Source: Chara braunii
Taxonomy: Eukaryota > Plantae > Charophyceae
Assembly: GCA_003427395.1 (NCBI GenBank)
Contig: BFEA01000021.1
Coordinates: 3,542,532-3,606,090 of the forward strand
Direction: 5' to 3'
Length of the DNA stretch: 63,559 bases
In this document: piece after piece, positions 1 to 11,059 of the stretch
How positions within the stretch are numbered: position 1 is the stretch's first letter
Layout of the letters: each line of letters begins with the position of its first letter
Program-made: the position numbers and the translations under genes
The notes under the pieces: generated by a model
The model's database searches: none
What the model saw: only the letters and a program-made list of their open reading frames with translations
Told to the model about the DNA's origin: nothing

Positions 1-369
1 TCTCTGTCTCTGTCTGTCTGTCCCTCTCTCTCTCTAGCATAGTGGTCATGACCCACAACGCCCCTTTCACTCACGGCCACCTTTGAACCCCCCTAACTCC
101 CCCCGTTTCTTTTTCTTCTAGATTTGATTACAAACGAAATCACAAAAAAACGACATTTTTGTTTTTCATTACTTACCTTCCTTGACCCCTCCCCCTATGA
201 ATCCCCCCTGAGGTGGCCACGCGCCGAGGGGCACCACGCAAAATAATGGAAAATAGAGGGGCGCCAGACAATTTTTCCCAAAATAAAAAATAAAAAAAAA
301 TCGAAATATTCTGGAAAAAAAAATGTTATGCAGAAAAATAAACTGAACAAGTTTTTTTTATTATTATTT

Positions 370-473
370 AATTTGGACCATTTCTCAATTTATGCGTGTC
401 ATCCTTGCGCAGGGGCCATGCTAATCTTCCCCTTCTCTGTATCGTTCCAATTTTAACGGATGTCCCAAAGGAC
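370..473 (-). pseudogene. U6: U6 snRNA retrocopy (full length, 6-nt insertion after ACAGAGAAG)
   Basis: Reverse complement reads GTCCTTTGGGACATCCGTTAAAATTGGAACGATACAGAGAAG[GGGAAG]ATTAGCATGGCCCCTGCGCAAGGATGACACGCATAAATTGAGAAATGGTCCAAATT, a plant-type U6. T-rich tail at 351-369. Direct repeat AACTGAACA at 341-349 and 474-482. Confidence 0.95.
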
Positions 474-492
474 AACTGAACATCTTTTGCCT

Positions 493-732
493 TGTCGAAG
501 TTGTGGTCATATTCAAAAAATTTTACTGATTTTGAAAAAAAAAAGCACATAAGTTTCATCGTTTTTCTTGGCGTCGGGTTTCGACAAGTCCTGGCCAGTA
601 CCCGAACTTTCAGGAGGCCTGACGTTGATCAATCTGATCGGCGGCCGTCGTTTCGTTTCGGCCTCCTGAAAGGTCGGAGGCCGAGTATTTTCGAACCGAC
701 AAAGGTACTGGTGGTTTAACAAAAAAAAAAAA
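493..732 (+). mobile_element. Polyadenylated insert ending in a TTAA-type transposon terminus, flanked by a 14-bp TSD
   Basis: AACA(T/G)CTTTTGCCT at 479-492 and 733-746. Ends GTACTGGTGGT-TTAA-C-poly(A), the same terminus as the MITEs at 7088 and 18209. Internal hairpin at 602-619/660-677. Confidence 0.7.
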
Positions 733-748
733 AACAGCTTTTGCCTCA

Positions 749-1441
749 GTGAAAATTAGTTTCCGAATTTTTAAAATTCAAAGACGAAGTCAAAGGAGGC
801 TTTACTGTAAATGTCTTACAGTTATCGTTTCACGGTCGCCACCTTCTTATGCATCATGCGACAATAACCATCCTCATATTTCTGCCTGTATTTTACACAG
901 ACCCGGGCATTATATGGCACTCATTCGTGCAGCTGCCCAGTGGGAACTGTGGGATGGTGGGACGATGAGTCAGGTCATTTTCGACGTTAATGAAATTTTG
1001 AGAGCATTGTCGAATCATACTTTATTCTGGATTATTGACCGACTCTCGTGTGACACCTGTCGGGACAGAGACGCGGTGCGCCTTGGCTGTGGAACGCATT
1101 ATCTATGCCATAGCCATTATCAATCTATTGCGACTGCCGCCGTCTGTTCTGAAGGGTGTCCAACATCTCATCATTGTACACATCCCTATCACCCAGATAT
1201 ACGTTGTCCCTTTTGTGCCCAAGGACGCTATCAGAACTGTATGATGCCGCACTGTGATGAACGTCCTGCTGTTTTTTTGACATGTGGACAACATGTCCTC
1301 TGTCAGGACTGTTTTGATGGGATGGTTCGTGCTAGTCGTCCTGCTGAATGCTCTGCTGGCGCAGCTCTCCTTGGGCATCCTTGTGAACATCCACATCATC
1401 CTCACCGTAGCTGTCCTACCTGCCGAGGTGGGGACAGGTAA
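749..1441 (+). CDS. Probably 5'-truncated ORF: USP-like His box plus two tandem RING-like zinc fingers
   Basis: ISACILHRPGHYMALIR..QWELWDG resembles the USP His box. CDTC-x9-C-x2-H-x2-C-x2-H...CPFC and CMMPHC-x9-C-x2-H-x2-C-x2-C...CPTC fit RING-HC spacing. The stop is followed directly by a ~95-nt A-rich tract. True start uncertain. Confidence 0.6.
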   Translation: MKISFRIFKIQRRSQRRLYCKCLTVIVSRSPPSYASCDNNHPHISACILHRPGHYMALIRAAAQWELWDGGTMSQVIFDVNEILRALSNHTLFWIIDRLSCDTCRDRDAVRLGCGTHYLCHSHYQSIATAAVCSEGCPTSHHCTHPYHPDIRCPFCAQGRYQNCMMPHCDERPAVFLTCGQHVLCQDCFDGMVRASRPAECSAGAALLGHPCEHPHHPHRSCPTCRGGDR

Positions 1442-4315
1442 AGAAAAAAAGAAGAAAAGAAAAAAAGAAGAAAAGAAAAAGAGAAAAAAAGAAAAAAAGA
1501 GAAAAAAAAAAGAAAAAAAAAGAAAAAAGAAAAGATATGTTGATATGTGGGATGTGTTATTTGCTTTGTGACAATTGGATTACCTTTCTTTCCATGTCAG
1601 GTTTGGTTTCCTCCTCATTTTCTTTACCTCTTTGCCTTTTGGCTGCGTGCAAGTGGGTCCTTGTGACACACGGGGATGGGGCCAGCCAGCGCTCAACCTG
1701 TCACCCACGTGGCTGGCCTTGTACGTAAGAGGTGATGAACAGGTGGGGCTTTCCTTCGTTCCTTCCTTTCCTTTCCTTGTTTTGCTTTTTTCCGCCTTCG
1801 TGCTCTGATTTACAGTGTGACAATATATATATATGCGCAATGTAGATCTCAAAAAGATCTAAAACATCATTTATTTTTTTATTTTTATTTTAGAATTTTT
1901 TCAAGTCTCAAAAAATTCCTGAAAGTCATGGCCGCACCCAACCGCGGCCGCCGTGATCACGGCTGCCTGCCGAGTTTGACCCCGCAGCCGTGATATATAG
2001 TCCTCCCCCCGACCTCCAGCTGCCTCCCCGCCAAAAAAACAAACTACGGGGCTGGGGCAACATGGCCACCCGGCCACCTATGTGTGCGGTCACGGGCACT
2101 GTGACGGGGTGGCCGGACCCCGTTCATACACCCCCCTGTTCGTGAACGGGGTGTAGGCGCTGCTTCTTTCTGCTTTGCTGCCTGCTTCGTGTTCCAATAA
2201 GACTTCCTGATTGAAGCACGCGGAGCTGCGCTGGTCTTTACGTGAGGAGAGTGAACGGAACTCGCCACTTCCTGTCTTATTTGTCTCCACTTCGTTTTTT
2301 TTTTTGTTTTGTTTCCTTTCATTTGTTTTCGTCTCTCTCAGAAGCAGGTCTTTGTACGTCAATCAGGAAGTGGGTATTGCATTCTTATTTTAATCATTAC
2401 TTGCCTCTGAAATTGCAAATGTATGACTTTGAATTGCCTCAGCTCCATTTTGCATGTCTACATCCGTGAACGCTTTGCTCCTCCCGCTCCTAATCATCGA
2501 TCGTCTTTCTCTATTTCTCACTGCGCCTTGTCATTCCTCTCCTGTATATGGGAGTTTGTTGCTCCGAGGTCCCGCTCTCTCAGCACAAACATCTTCATTA
2601 CCCACTTACTTCCCACTTACTTCCCTCATGTAAAGACCTGCCCAATTCCCACCAAATGCCTTTTTTTGTTGCTTTGCCCCCGCCTTTGTGTTCAAATAAA
2701 ACTCTCTGATTTACGCAGATGGAGCTGCGCACTGGTTCGTCTTGTGGTGTGCTGAAGCTGAAGGAGAATCGATTTGTACAATCAGTTTCGCGAAAACAAA
2801 CCTCTAGTGAGGCCTGTAAATAAATGGGGAGAATTTTTACTTGAAAAGTCTGGAGAAGTAACTCGTTTCCCCCCGCCTTTCGTCCCCTTCCCCACCCTCC
2901 TCTTTTCCCCTTCANNNNNNNNNNNNNNNNNNNNNNNNNNNNNNNNNNNNNNNNNNNNNNNNNNNNNNNNNNNNNNNNNCCCCAGCCCCCTTCTCTCCTT
3001 CCTCTAGCCAACAACACTGAAAAATAAAGAAGTGCCTGGACTTGGGCTGCTTTCGATGGGAACAGAAACGCCCCACTGACGGAAAATTTGGAAAAAAATC
3101 CGGACTTTTAACATGACTGGGTTGACCTGATTGGGACCCCCCTTTTGGGGGCGAGTCACCTGGCTCCCCGGCCGGGTGTCCCAGGTAACCTCACCTCTTT
3201 ATTTGCACCCATGTACGTGGTCTGATAATCTGCAGATTATGCACCATACATATGTTAAACTTTGTTGGTGTTTCACATTTTTGCTGGTAGAAAGGGAAAA
3301 AGGGAAAAAACTTCAAAAAAGGCTATCTGGTAGTCCGTGACCCATCCCCCCAAGTGGCGTCGAGCAGAGAGACTGCTGATGATGTTCATAGGGGGAGGGG
3401 ACCGAGGGGAGGCACAGTGACTGGCCCATCGAAGAAGCTGCTCGGTCCTGATGCTACGGTAGCGGTTGACCCCTGGCGGGTATCGCTCACCTGCTGTAGC
3501 AGGTATCGCACCTGCTGATGGGTGCCAGCTCCCGCTTGTTCCCTCGTTGGAGGCTTGAGCACGGATGTGGCTGCTACAGGGTTCCCCGCAATACTACAAT
3601 GACAATAAAAAAAGGCCTGAAAGGCTGTCCTGTCCAGATTCAACAGGTAATTTACTTGGCTGGGCTTTTTTGAATTAGCCTTTCTTTTTCTTTTTCTTTT
3701 TCTTTTTCTTTTTCCTTTTCTTTTTCTTTTTCTTTTTTTTTTCCAACTTTCACAATGGCTGGTTGTTCCAGTGATGAAAGATGGATCAGAGGGGATGATC
3801 CTTGGTATTGTGTGCGCTTTTTTTTTTCTTTTTTTTTTTTTTGGGCATTCTGTTGGCCACGCTTTGAACCTTCGACCTTGAATTGAACCAGTTATGGGTG
3901 TGGTGTTCTACTTTCTGTGCTAACAACAACCGACCCCACAAAAAAATTACGGCTTGGTCGTTCTTAGTAGTTAGTTAGACATCGGTACGTCTGGGCCTAA
4001 GGCCCTCCTCCCTGCTCGGCCTCATTAGGCAAGTCTCTTAACTGCTACAGCCAGGACACGGTGTTCAAAAGTAGGGAACCATACCGGTCATGATGTCACC
4101 CCCCTCCCCCCCTGCAAGGCTGTAGTGTCCAACTCGACACACCACGCGCAGCACCGTATGGCCGCACCACACACATGTGGCAATTCTCGCACACTTTACT
4201 CCAATCATTCTTAGGTCATGAACCTGCTGCTGGCTGCTGCTGCTGCTGTTGTACTGAGAAAGAAATCAGATGTCCATCCCAAGTTTCTTTTTTTCCCTCT
4301 TTTTCTGTTTTGATT

Positions 4316-4702
4316 GGGAGAATTTGCAAAATACCCCCATAAGTTGAGATATATGCCAAAATGCGCCTAAAAGATGTGGGGGGTAGAGCCGATTGCCCCT
4401 CTGACAAAGGAAAATATTTTGTGAAATACCCCTGGCGTTGGTTGGACCCCCATCTTTGCAATATACCCCTACCGGGTACCGTCCAACTTTGCAAAATGCC
4501 CCAGTACTTGCCAACTTCTCCTAGGCGCTATTGCAAAAGGCCAAGTCCCAAACGGGAAGGTCAAGATTGCAAAGTTGCACACCCGCCTGACAGGGGCACA
4601 ACACAAAGATTTCGGCCCCAAGAGGGCATTCCGCTATACCCACATCTTTCATGGCATTTTGGCATATTTCTGAACTTATGGGGGTATTTTGCAAATGAAC
4701 CC
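4316..4702. mobile_element. MULE-like MITE
   Basis: ~85-bp imperfect TIRs (GGGAGAATTTGCAAAATACCCCCATAAGTT... / ...AACTTATGGGGGTATTTTGCAAATGAACCC). 10-bp degenerate TSD TGTTTTGATT (4306-4315) / TCTTTTAATT (4703-4712). Confidence 0.85.
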
Positions 4703-4713
4703 TCTTTTAATTT

Positions 4714-4821
4714 AATTGGGACATTTGTCAATTTATGCATGTCATGTCATCCCTTGCACAGGGGCCATGCTAATCTTCATTCTCTGTATCGTTCCAATGT
4801 TAACGGATGTCCTGAAAGGAC
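4714..4821 (-). pseudogene. U6: U6 snRNA retrocopy (diverged, small insertions)
   Basis: Matches U6 along its whole length (GTCCTTTCAGGACATCCGTTAACATTGGAACGATACAGAGAATGAAGATTAGCATGGCCCCTGTGCAAGGG...). T-tail starts at 4288 and is interrupted by the MITE. TSD CCCAAGTTTC at 4278-4287 and 4823-4832. Confidence 0.92.
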
Positions 4822-5212
4822 CCCCAAGTTTCCACAAAGGTCTTCCTGTGCAAAAAGTGAAGTGCGTAAAAACTGTTATTGAGTGATGGACCAGAGGGGA
4901 TGATCCCTGATATATGTCTTTCTGTCTTTTGCTTCCAGGGCTTGAACTCGCGACCTTCAATGGAACCAGTTATGGATGTGGTTTTCTGCTGTCTGTGATA
5001 ACAAGAGCCAAACCCAGGACCAGAGCAGTCTGGTTTTGGCTGTGATTAGGTTGTCGACCTCCTCCTGGCCACCGCCGACTGCTGGCTGCTGGCTGTTGCT
5101 GCTGTCCCGCGAAAGAAATAAATCAGCTGTCCATTCCTAAGTCGCTAAAGAGGTTTTTCCTGTGCAAAGAGTGAAGCGTGTAGAACGTGAAATCGGTTGC
5201 CGGTGATCCACG

Positions 5213-5920
5213 ATGGAGATTGATCAGTCGATTGCGAGGGCGAAAAAGAGACCGAAACTGAAATCTGCAAACGAGGATGGCGGGCTGGCTAATAAGACCC
5301 CAGTGCAGGAGGGATCCTCGTTTGCGAAGTCGGTGCGCAGAGAATTAATGCCTGCGAAGGTCAGTAATCCGCCGCCGGGGGGAAGTGACGGGGAAGAGGA
5401 TGAAGGCGACAACAATCATGGCGGAGGAGAGGGCAGAGGGGACCGAGGGCAGGACGATGGCGCGGTAGCGCAGGGAATGGATGGGCACATGGGAGATGGG
5501 ACAGGTGGTAGGGGGGGGGATGACGACGATGACGACGAGGATAACCTGGACTTGGAGATTGGTGCAACATTTCACATGGTGGAACCGGAAAAGATGCGCG
5601 CGGTGTTGGCAAAGTTCACCCCCGATCAGATGAGTCGTTACGAGTGTTATCGACGGTCGGGATTCCATCGTGCGAACATGAAGCGGCTGATTCAGAATGT
5701 GGCCGGCTGTGCAGTCTCTGTCCCTATGACGATTGTCATGTCGGGAATCGCCAAGCTGTTCGTGGGGGACCTGGTCGAAACAGCGCGGATCGTCATGAAT
5801 GAACGCCGGGAGACGGGGCCGATCAGGCCGTGTCATATGCGAGAAGCGTACCGGCGCCTGAAGAATGAAGGCAAAGTGCCTGTTCGATCAAAGCCGTCTC
5901 TTTTCAGAGGACATCTGTGA
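5213..5920 (+). CDS. TAF11: TFIID subunit 11 (TAFII28 histone-fold), single exon
   Basis: C-terminal FTPDQMSRYECYRRSGF..MKRLIQ...MTIVMSGIAKLFVGDLVETARIVM.ER.ETGPIRPCHMREAYRRL is the TAF11 histone-fold signature. Acidic N-terminus. ATG-to-TGA frame intact. Confidence 0.93.
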   Translation: MEIDQSIARAKKRPKLKSANEDGGLANKTPVQEGSSFAKSVRRELMPAKVSNPPPGGSDGEEDEGDNNHGGGEGRGDRGQDDGAVAQGMDGHMGDGTGGRGGDDDDDDEDNLDLEIGATFHMVEPEKMRAVLAKFTPDQMSRYECYRRSGFHRANMKRLIQNVAGCAVSVPMTIVMSGIAKLFVGDLVETARIVMNERRETGPIRPCHMREAYRRLKNEGKVPVRSKPSLFRGHL

Positions 5921-6140
5921 GGATTCCGTCCCCATCCATCCATCCCATCGAATGGAGAGCTGTAGGGCCTTGCTCCACTGCACAACAGTCTCAATGTGTC
6001 TGGAGATGGAATCTGTGCCAGTACATTCAAAATGTTTGGTCAGTCAGAATATATTGGTATCGGTGCACAAAACAGTCCAGATACATGTCGAATGTTGAGT
6101 AGTGGAGCGAGGCCAGTAGCGTTCGTGTTCTCACCGCCTG

Positions 6141-6256
6141 TCAGGCCTTGTCGTATGCGAGAAGTGTGGAGTGAAGGCAAAGTCCACCTTCAATCAAAGT
6201 GGGCCCAGCCTCTTCAGAGGGACATCTCTCATCCATCTGTCCATCTCATCCGATGG
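6141..6256 (+). pseudogene. Degenerate tandem duplicate of the TAF11 3' end
   Basis: TCAGGCCTTGTCGTATGCGAGAAG..GAAGGCAAAGT..ATCAAAG..TTCAGAGGGACATCT aligns to 5823-5955 (VRPCRMRE..EGKV vs IRPCHMRE..EGKV). Confidence 0.7.
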
Positions 6257-6430
6257 CAAGTTGTATGAGTACATGTTATCAGAGTAGAAGATTAGAACCT
6301 CGGCACCTGAATGTAGCTAAAGAGGTGGTCAGGTACATCGAAGGAAGTTCGAGTGTACGAGTATGCCACTCAGTAGCCCCACATCTCATTGCCCTGCACG
6401 GTATGCATATCTCTTCAGCCAAACTCTCCA

Positions 6431-6559
<129 letters not shown>

Positions 6560-7087
6560 TAGGTATTGCCACGTCAGTTCTTTTTTTTCATCCTCTTTTG
6601 GGTTGCCACCACAAAATTGTGAAGGTTTCTTGCTCTGAAACTCTTCAAGAGAGAGGGAGAGGGAGAGTGCGATGAATTTTCTCCCTCGCTCCCTCCCTCA
6701 GAAACTTTCCTGCAAGTGGAATTTGAGTGTATATATGGAAGTACCCGAGGGCATATGCAGACTAGGGACATTCGTGAATGTATCTGCTTGCAGTTTCAGC
6801 TCGTTTCAGTCCGGAAAGTCGTAGTGGGCATATTTCCTGAGAGAGTTTTGTTGGCACAATTGAGTTTCTAAAAAAGAATCCTTTTCTTCACAAGAAGGGT
6901 AATCAATTCTCTTTCTCACGAACAGACTCTTCGTGACTGACTAAATGTAATGCGAGGGACGCTGGCCCCGGCTTCCAGGAAGGTGGCGGTCCCCACCAAT
7001 GGAAAAGAGCCATCCAAGCCGGAGGCCACTACTAGAGGCTGTTCTTATCACCTTGAGCACTGGTGCATCCCCGAGCTGATGCTTTAA

Positions 7088-7237
7088 ACCACCGGTACTT
7101 GCTAAAGTCGTGCCCGTTAACGCTACGCGATTTTAGGAAACGTACGGGCCACTACAGGAGCGACCAAATTCATCCAACTAGAAACGTTTCTACTCTATTC
7201 TTTTCTGCGGCCGATAGCTCGGCCAAGTACTGGTGGT
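7088..7237 (+). mobile_element. TTAA-flanked (piggyBac-like) MITE, copy 1
   Basis: TTAA-ACCACCGGTACTTG...CAAGTACTGGTGGT-TTAA. Inverted homolog at 18209-18358. Confidence 0.8.
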
Positions 7238-8337
7238 TTAAACAAATAATAATGAAGTTAAATAAACTAGGCTACCAGAGTGGCCCTGGGACCACTTGCC
7301 TGGCCAGGCCAAAAAAAAAAAAAAGATATTAAATTTGGTAAGAAATTAAGAATTTCAATGTGACCCCGATTCATTGCTTCAGCCCTTCTCTTCTTCAAGC
7401 TCTTACAGACACTGCCTGCACACCACCCAAGGGTCAGTCCACGGACGTTGTATGCTGGTCTAGGAATCGCGTTGGTTGCTTGCTGTTGTTGGGCTTGGTC
7501 GCTCTGATGATCTCCCGATGATCTCCCCCAGCCTTAGACAGTTCACACATTACGTCCATTTCCCACAGTAATGCATGTGGTAGAACCCTCCAGTTTCATG
7601 CTGTAGGTTAGAGGTTCGACTTCGGCTCTGGACTTTGGGGGGGCTCCTGTCCAGATAGGCCTCTCTACCACATATTACACACACACGAGACACTACCCCA
7701 GATACTGTCTAGGGGCGCAACCACAATATACAGTCTATCACATACCATATGGACATAGATTAAGGCACACACACACGTGTACTGGTGGAGGTGATATGAG
7801 CACCTCCCACCAGTACCCACTCCACACACACTACGAACATACACAGAGCCTGCTGGCACATACCTACGATACTGAACACACACACACACACGACTATAGG
7901 GCCGGGAGGAGGTCATGATCAATTGATAATGATGATAGGCGTCTCGATGATAAGTACGGCGCCTTAAAAAAACAGCTACAGTCTCCCCCTGAACAAAACG
8001 CACGTATGTACTAATCAACTTTCCCTGAAAAAGTCTATTTCTCAAAGTCGGTCCCGGAAATCCAAATAGAACGCACGTTGAAACAGTGTGCACGTATGTT
8101 CTATTCGAATAGTACGCACGTATGTTTCGATCGCTCCTGCCCGCTCTCTCGCTATCGCTCCCGCCCATTTGCTCCCACCCGTTCGCTTTGCCTGCGAATT
8201 AGTGNNNNNNNNNNNTTTTTTTCGTTTTCTTTGGCCTGTTTCTTTTTTGGGAAAACTTGTCTGGCGCCCTTGTAATTTTCATTATTTTGTGTCGCGCCCC
8301 TCCGACGGCCCACTTACCCTGTCGTGCCCCTGAGGCC

Positions 8338-8367
8338 CTGTCTCTTATACACATCTAGATGTGTATA

Positions 8368-8370
<3 letters not shown>
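8338..8370. other. Nextera mate-pair junction adapter (assembly artefact)
   Basis: CTGTCTCTTATACACATCT followed by AGATGTGTATAAGA, i.e. back-to-back Tn5 mosaic ends. Confidence 0.95.
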
Positions 8371-8408
<38 letters not shown>

Positions 8409-8427
8409 CCCCCCCCCCCCCCCCCCC

Positions 8428-8460
<33 letters not shown>

Positions 8461-8771
8461 TCCCTGGTTCTTTGTGGCTTCTGGATGGCTTGCCTGTTGT
8501 TCTTGGACCGGTGGGTACTTGGCACTGGCAGCGTCGATTGCTGCTTTCGAATGTTACTTACTGCATGTGTCGGGCCTGACTGCTCGAACACTGGGCCCGG
8601 TGGCAATGACGCCCCAGTGTTCGAACAGTGCGACCGTTTCTTGGCGGTCTTTCGAGTTTTTTTTTTTTTTTTACAGTTGGTCTTTTTTTTCTTTTTTTTT
8701 TCACAGTTCTACCATTATCGGACTTATGCCTGCCATCCTTGCGCCTGGGCCTACACGGACACTGGGTACCG

Positions 8772-8915
8772 GTCTTTTTTGGGGGCTCGTCTTCAGAAGT
8801 TGATACCCAGTATCCATAGTATAATGCACGTGTGTTGTAAACGAATACAACGCACTCCGTGCGTTGTATTCGTTATTAACGCACGTGTGTTTTGTTCGGG
8901 CGAAGACTGCACGGT
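8772..8915 (+). repeat. Dispersed repeat (homologs at ~17703-17832 + and ~7975-8070 -)
   Basis: Shared TTCAGAAGTTGATACCC...AGTATAATG...ACGCACTCC...TTTTGTTC.GG.GAAGA.TG. Confidence 0.65.
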
Positions 8916-9529
8916 CTGTGGTGGGAGAGTAGAGGGCATGAGTCAGTGGTTGGTTTGGTGGGTTCCAACTGGTGATGATGATTGGCGTCTCGCTGATAAG
9001 TACCCCACCTTAAATATACAGTTAGGTCTGTGGTGGGAGACTAGAGGGCGTGAGTTACTGGTCGGTCAACGTAGGGGCTAATAGGTGATTGCTTGAGCCT
9101 GGTGTCCGAAGTTCCAGTACGATGAGGCCCGTTCGACTATGCTTCCACTAGGGCTGGGCCGCTAGCCCTGGTGCACGTCACTACTGTTCGGTCCAAATTC
9201 CACTCGATACTGGTAGAGTGATGGTCCAGAGTGCTGGTCACACGGAGGTAGGATAGTAGGGATAGGGAATGCGCTAGGAGTGTTGACGTGAGGATTGGGA
9301 TGGGAGGTGGCCTCGTCTCCTCAGGGCGACCACGGCTGACCGCTTCCGGCGATCAATGTGTAGCTAGTAACTGGCCTCTACAACAAGGACTTCAAAAAAA
9401 AAAAGAAAGAAAAAAAAAAGAAGATATCAGCATCCCCCTATAATGGTCCTGCCTATTAGTGGGCAGTGGCACCTACTGGAAACTGGGTCCAGCGTCCCAT
9501 GAAGATCGTGAGAGCACCGGCGGGGACCC

Positions 9530-9668
9530 CACACACACACACTTTCGGAGCTGTGTATAGCGAACATGACAAGACATAAACACAGCACAATCACTATATT
9601 ACCCTTCCCCAGCCACATCAACAAACAAACTACGGGCTGCGCACCCGTGCCCTCATGGTAATTCAATT
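9530..9668 (+). repeat. Dispersed element with Helitron-like hairpin (copies at 28195-28240, 29328-29381, 62139-62240 -)
   Basis: Core CATCAACAAACAAACTAC(G/A)GGCTGC.CACCCGTGCCCTCACGGTAAGTC(A/G)AT occurs four times. Confidence 0.75.
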
Positions 9669-10539
9669 TAGGACCGTGGCCGATATATGGGAAAGGTACT
9701 GGCGGTTTGATCGTCTTTCTCATCTGACAGGATTGCACTCTCTTTGGACTGCCCCCTCTCTTCTTTTGGCCCTTGCATCGCTTTCCCCTTCCTTTCGCGT
9801 AGAAATAAATGTAGGGGATTTTAGTTCCAACCTGGGACTCCTCGACATTGCCCAAAAAACCCTTGGCACACCCGCTTAATGCACTTTGGGCCGGTTTCCG
9901 AATCTGATCAGAAAAGCAGTGCTGGCTGCGAGGTTCGGCACACCATCAACATACTTGTCTGACCCCTTCGCTTGGAACAATTTGGCGCGAGCTGACCTCA
10001 GCTGGTTTGGTTTACAGAAGGTATGCGTTGTATTGAAGGAAGGCTGGTATGAAATTGGCTAAGCGTGGGGATTGGGGAGAATGCAGCCCAAGGGCCCCAA
10101 TCTTTTTGGGGGGGTGAGTATGTTCACGTCACAATCCATGTTCGACATGGGCAAAAAGAACGTGTAACGACATCCGCCCCTCACCCGCCGAGTTCAAAAA
10201 GGCAATAAACGAGACGCAGCACTTTGTAATAAGCACGGATAACATAACTACAGGGGTGCGCCAGCCTCATTATATGGCCTGAGTTCGAAGAATGCGAGGG
10301 GGGGGGAATTAAGCTATTTTTGGGATCTTTGCCATTTCGAACTCAATTAGTGACAAAACTGTCGGTAAGTGTTTTTTTCTGCCCGTTTCAAAGTAAAAAT
10401 GTGACTCGTTTTTTTTTATTTATTTATTTTATAATACCACAAGGCTCCGATCTATTCGTGGGGAGCATCACATGCTGAGAACCGGGCAATTCATAAAAGT
10501 AAAAATGTGACTCAGATGCAGTTATGTCCTTTTTTTCCT

Positions 10540-10603
<64 letters not shown>

Positions 10604-11059
10604 GTTTATTGCAATGTATGACGAGAGGGAAAGAGAGAGAACTTCAAGTTGTCCCCACAAACTGGCACAAACTGATTTGACAAAATTGCATGTACGGGCC
10701 TCAACTAACTCTCGCCCACCGCTTCCATGTTCTTTTTTTTTTTCATGTTCTTTTTGAAGTAGTGGTTCTGCAAAAAAGGCCAGCCTTGTGGGACAATGCT
10801 GCACTGCAATAAGACCATAGCCTTGGGGCTGCGAACTCTTGATGAGGCAGTCAAATCCCCCTCAGGGGCCTCTCTGTCATTCATTGGGTTTGGGGCCTCT
10901 CTGTCCTTCATTGGGTTTTCGGATCCAGTTATGGGTCTGCTGAGTAGCGATGAGCCTTGTCGTAAGGTCAGGGCTCACTGAAATGGTCCAAACAAATCGG
11001 CATGCAAGTCTACCTCGTCTGGGCAAGAGGCTCTAGGCCTGCCTCGTTGAGAATATTTG

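Noticed and set aside
370-473. Functional U6 snRNA gene
   Set aside because: It has an insertion next to the ACAGAGA box, an A-tail and a TSD, and no upstream USE/TATA: a retrocopy.
8338-8370. Natural Tn5/IS50 end or horizontal transfer
   Set aside because: It is the exact engineered mosaic-end junction of Nextera mate-pair libraries.
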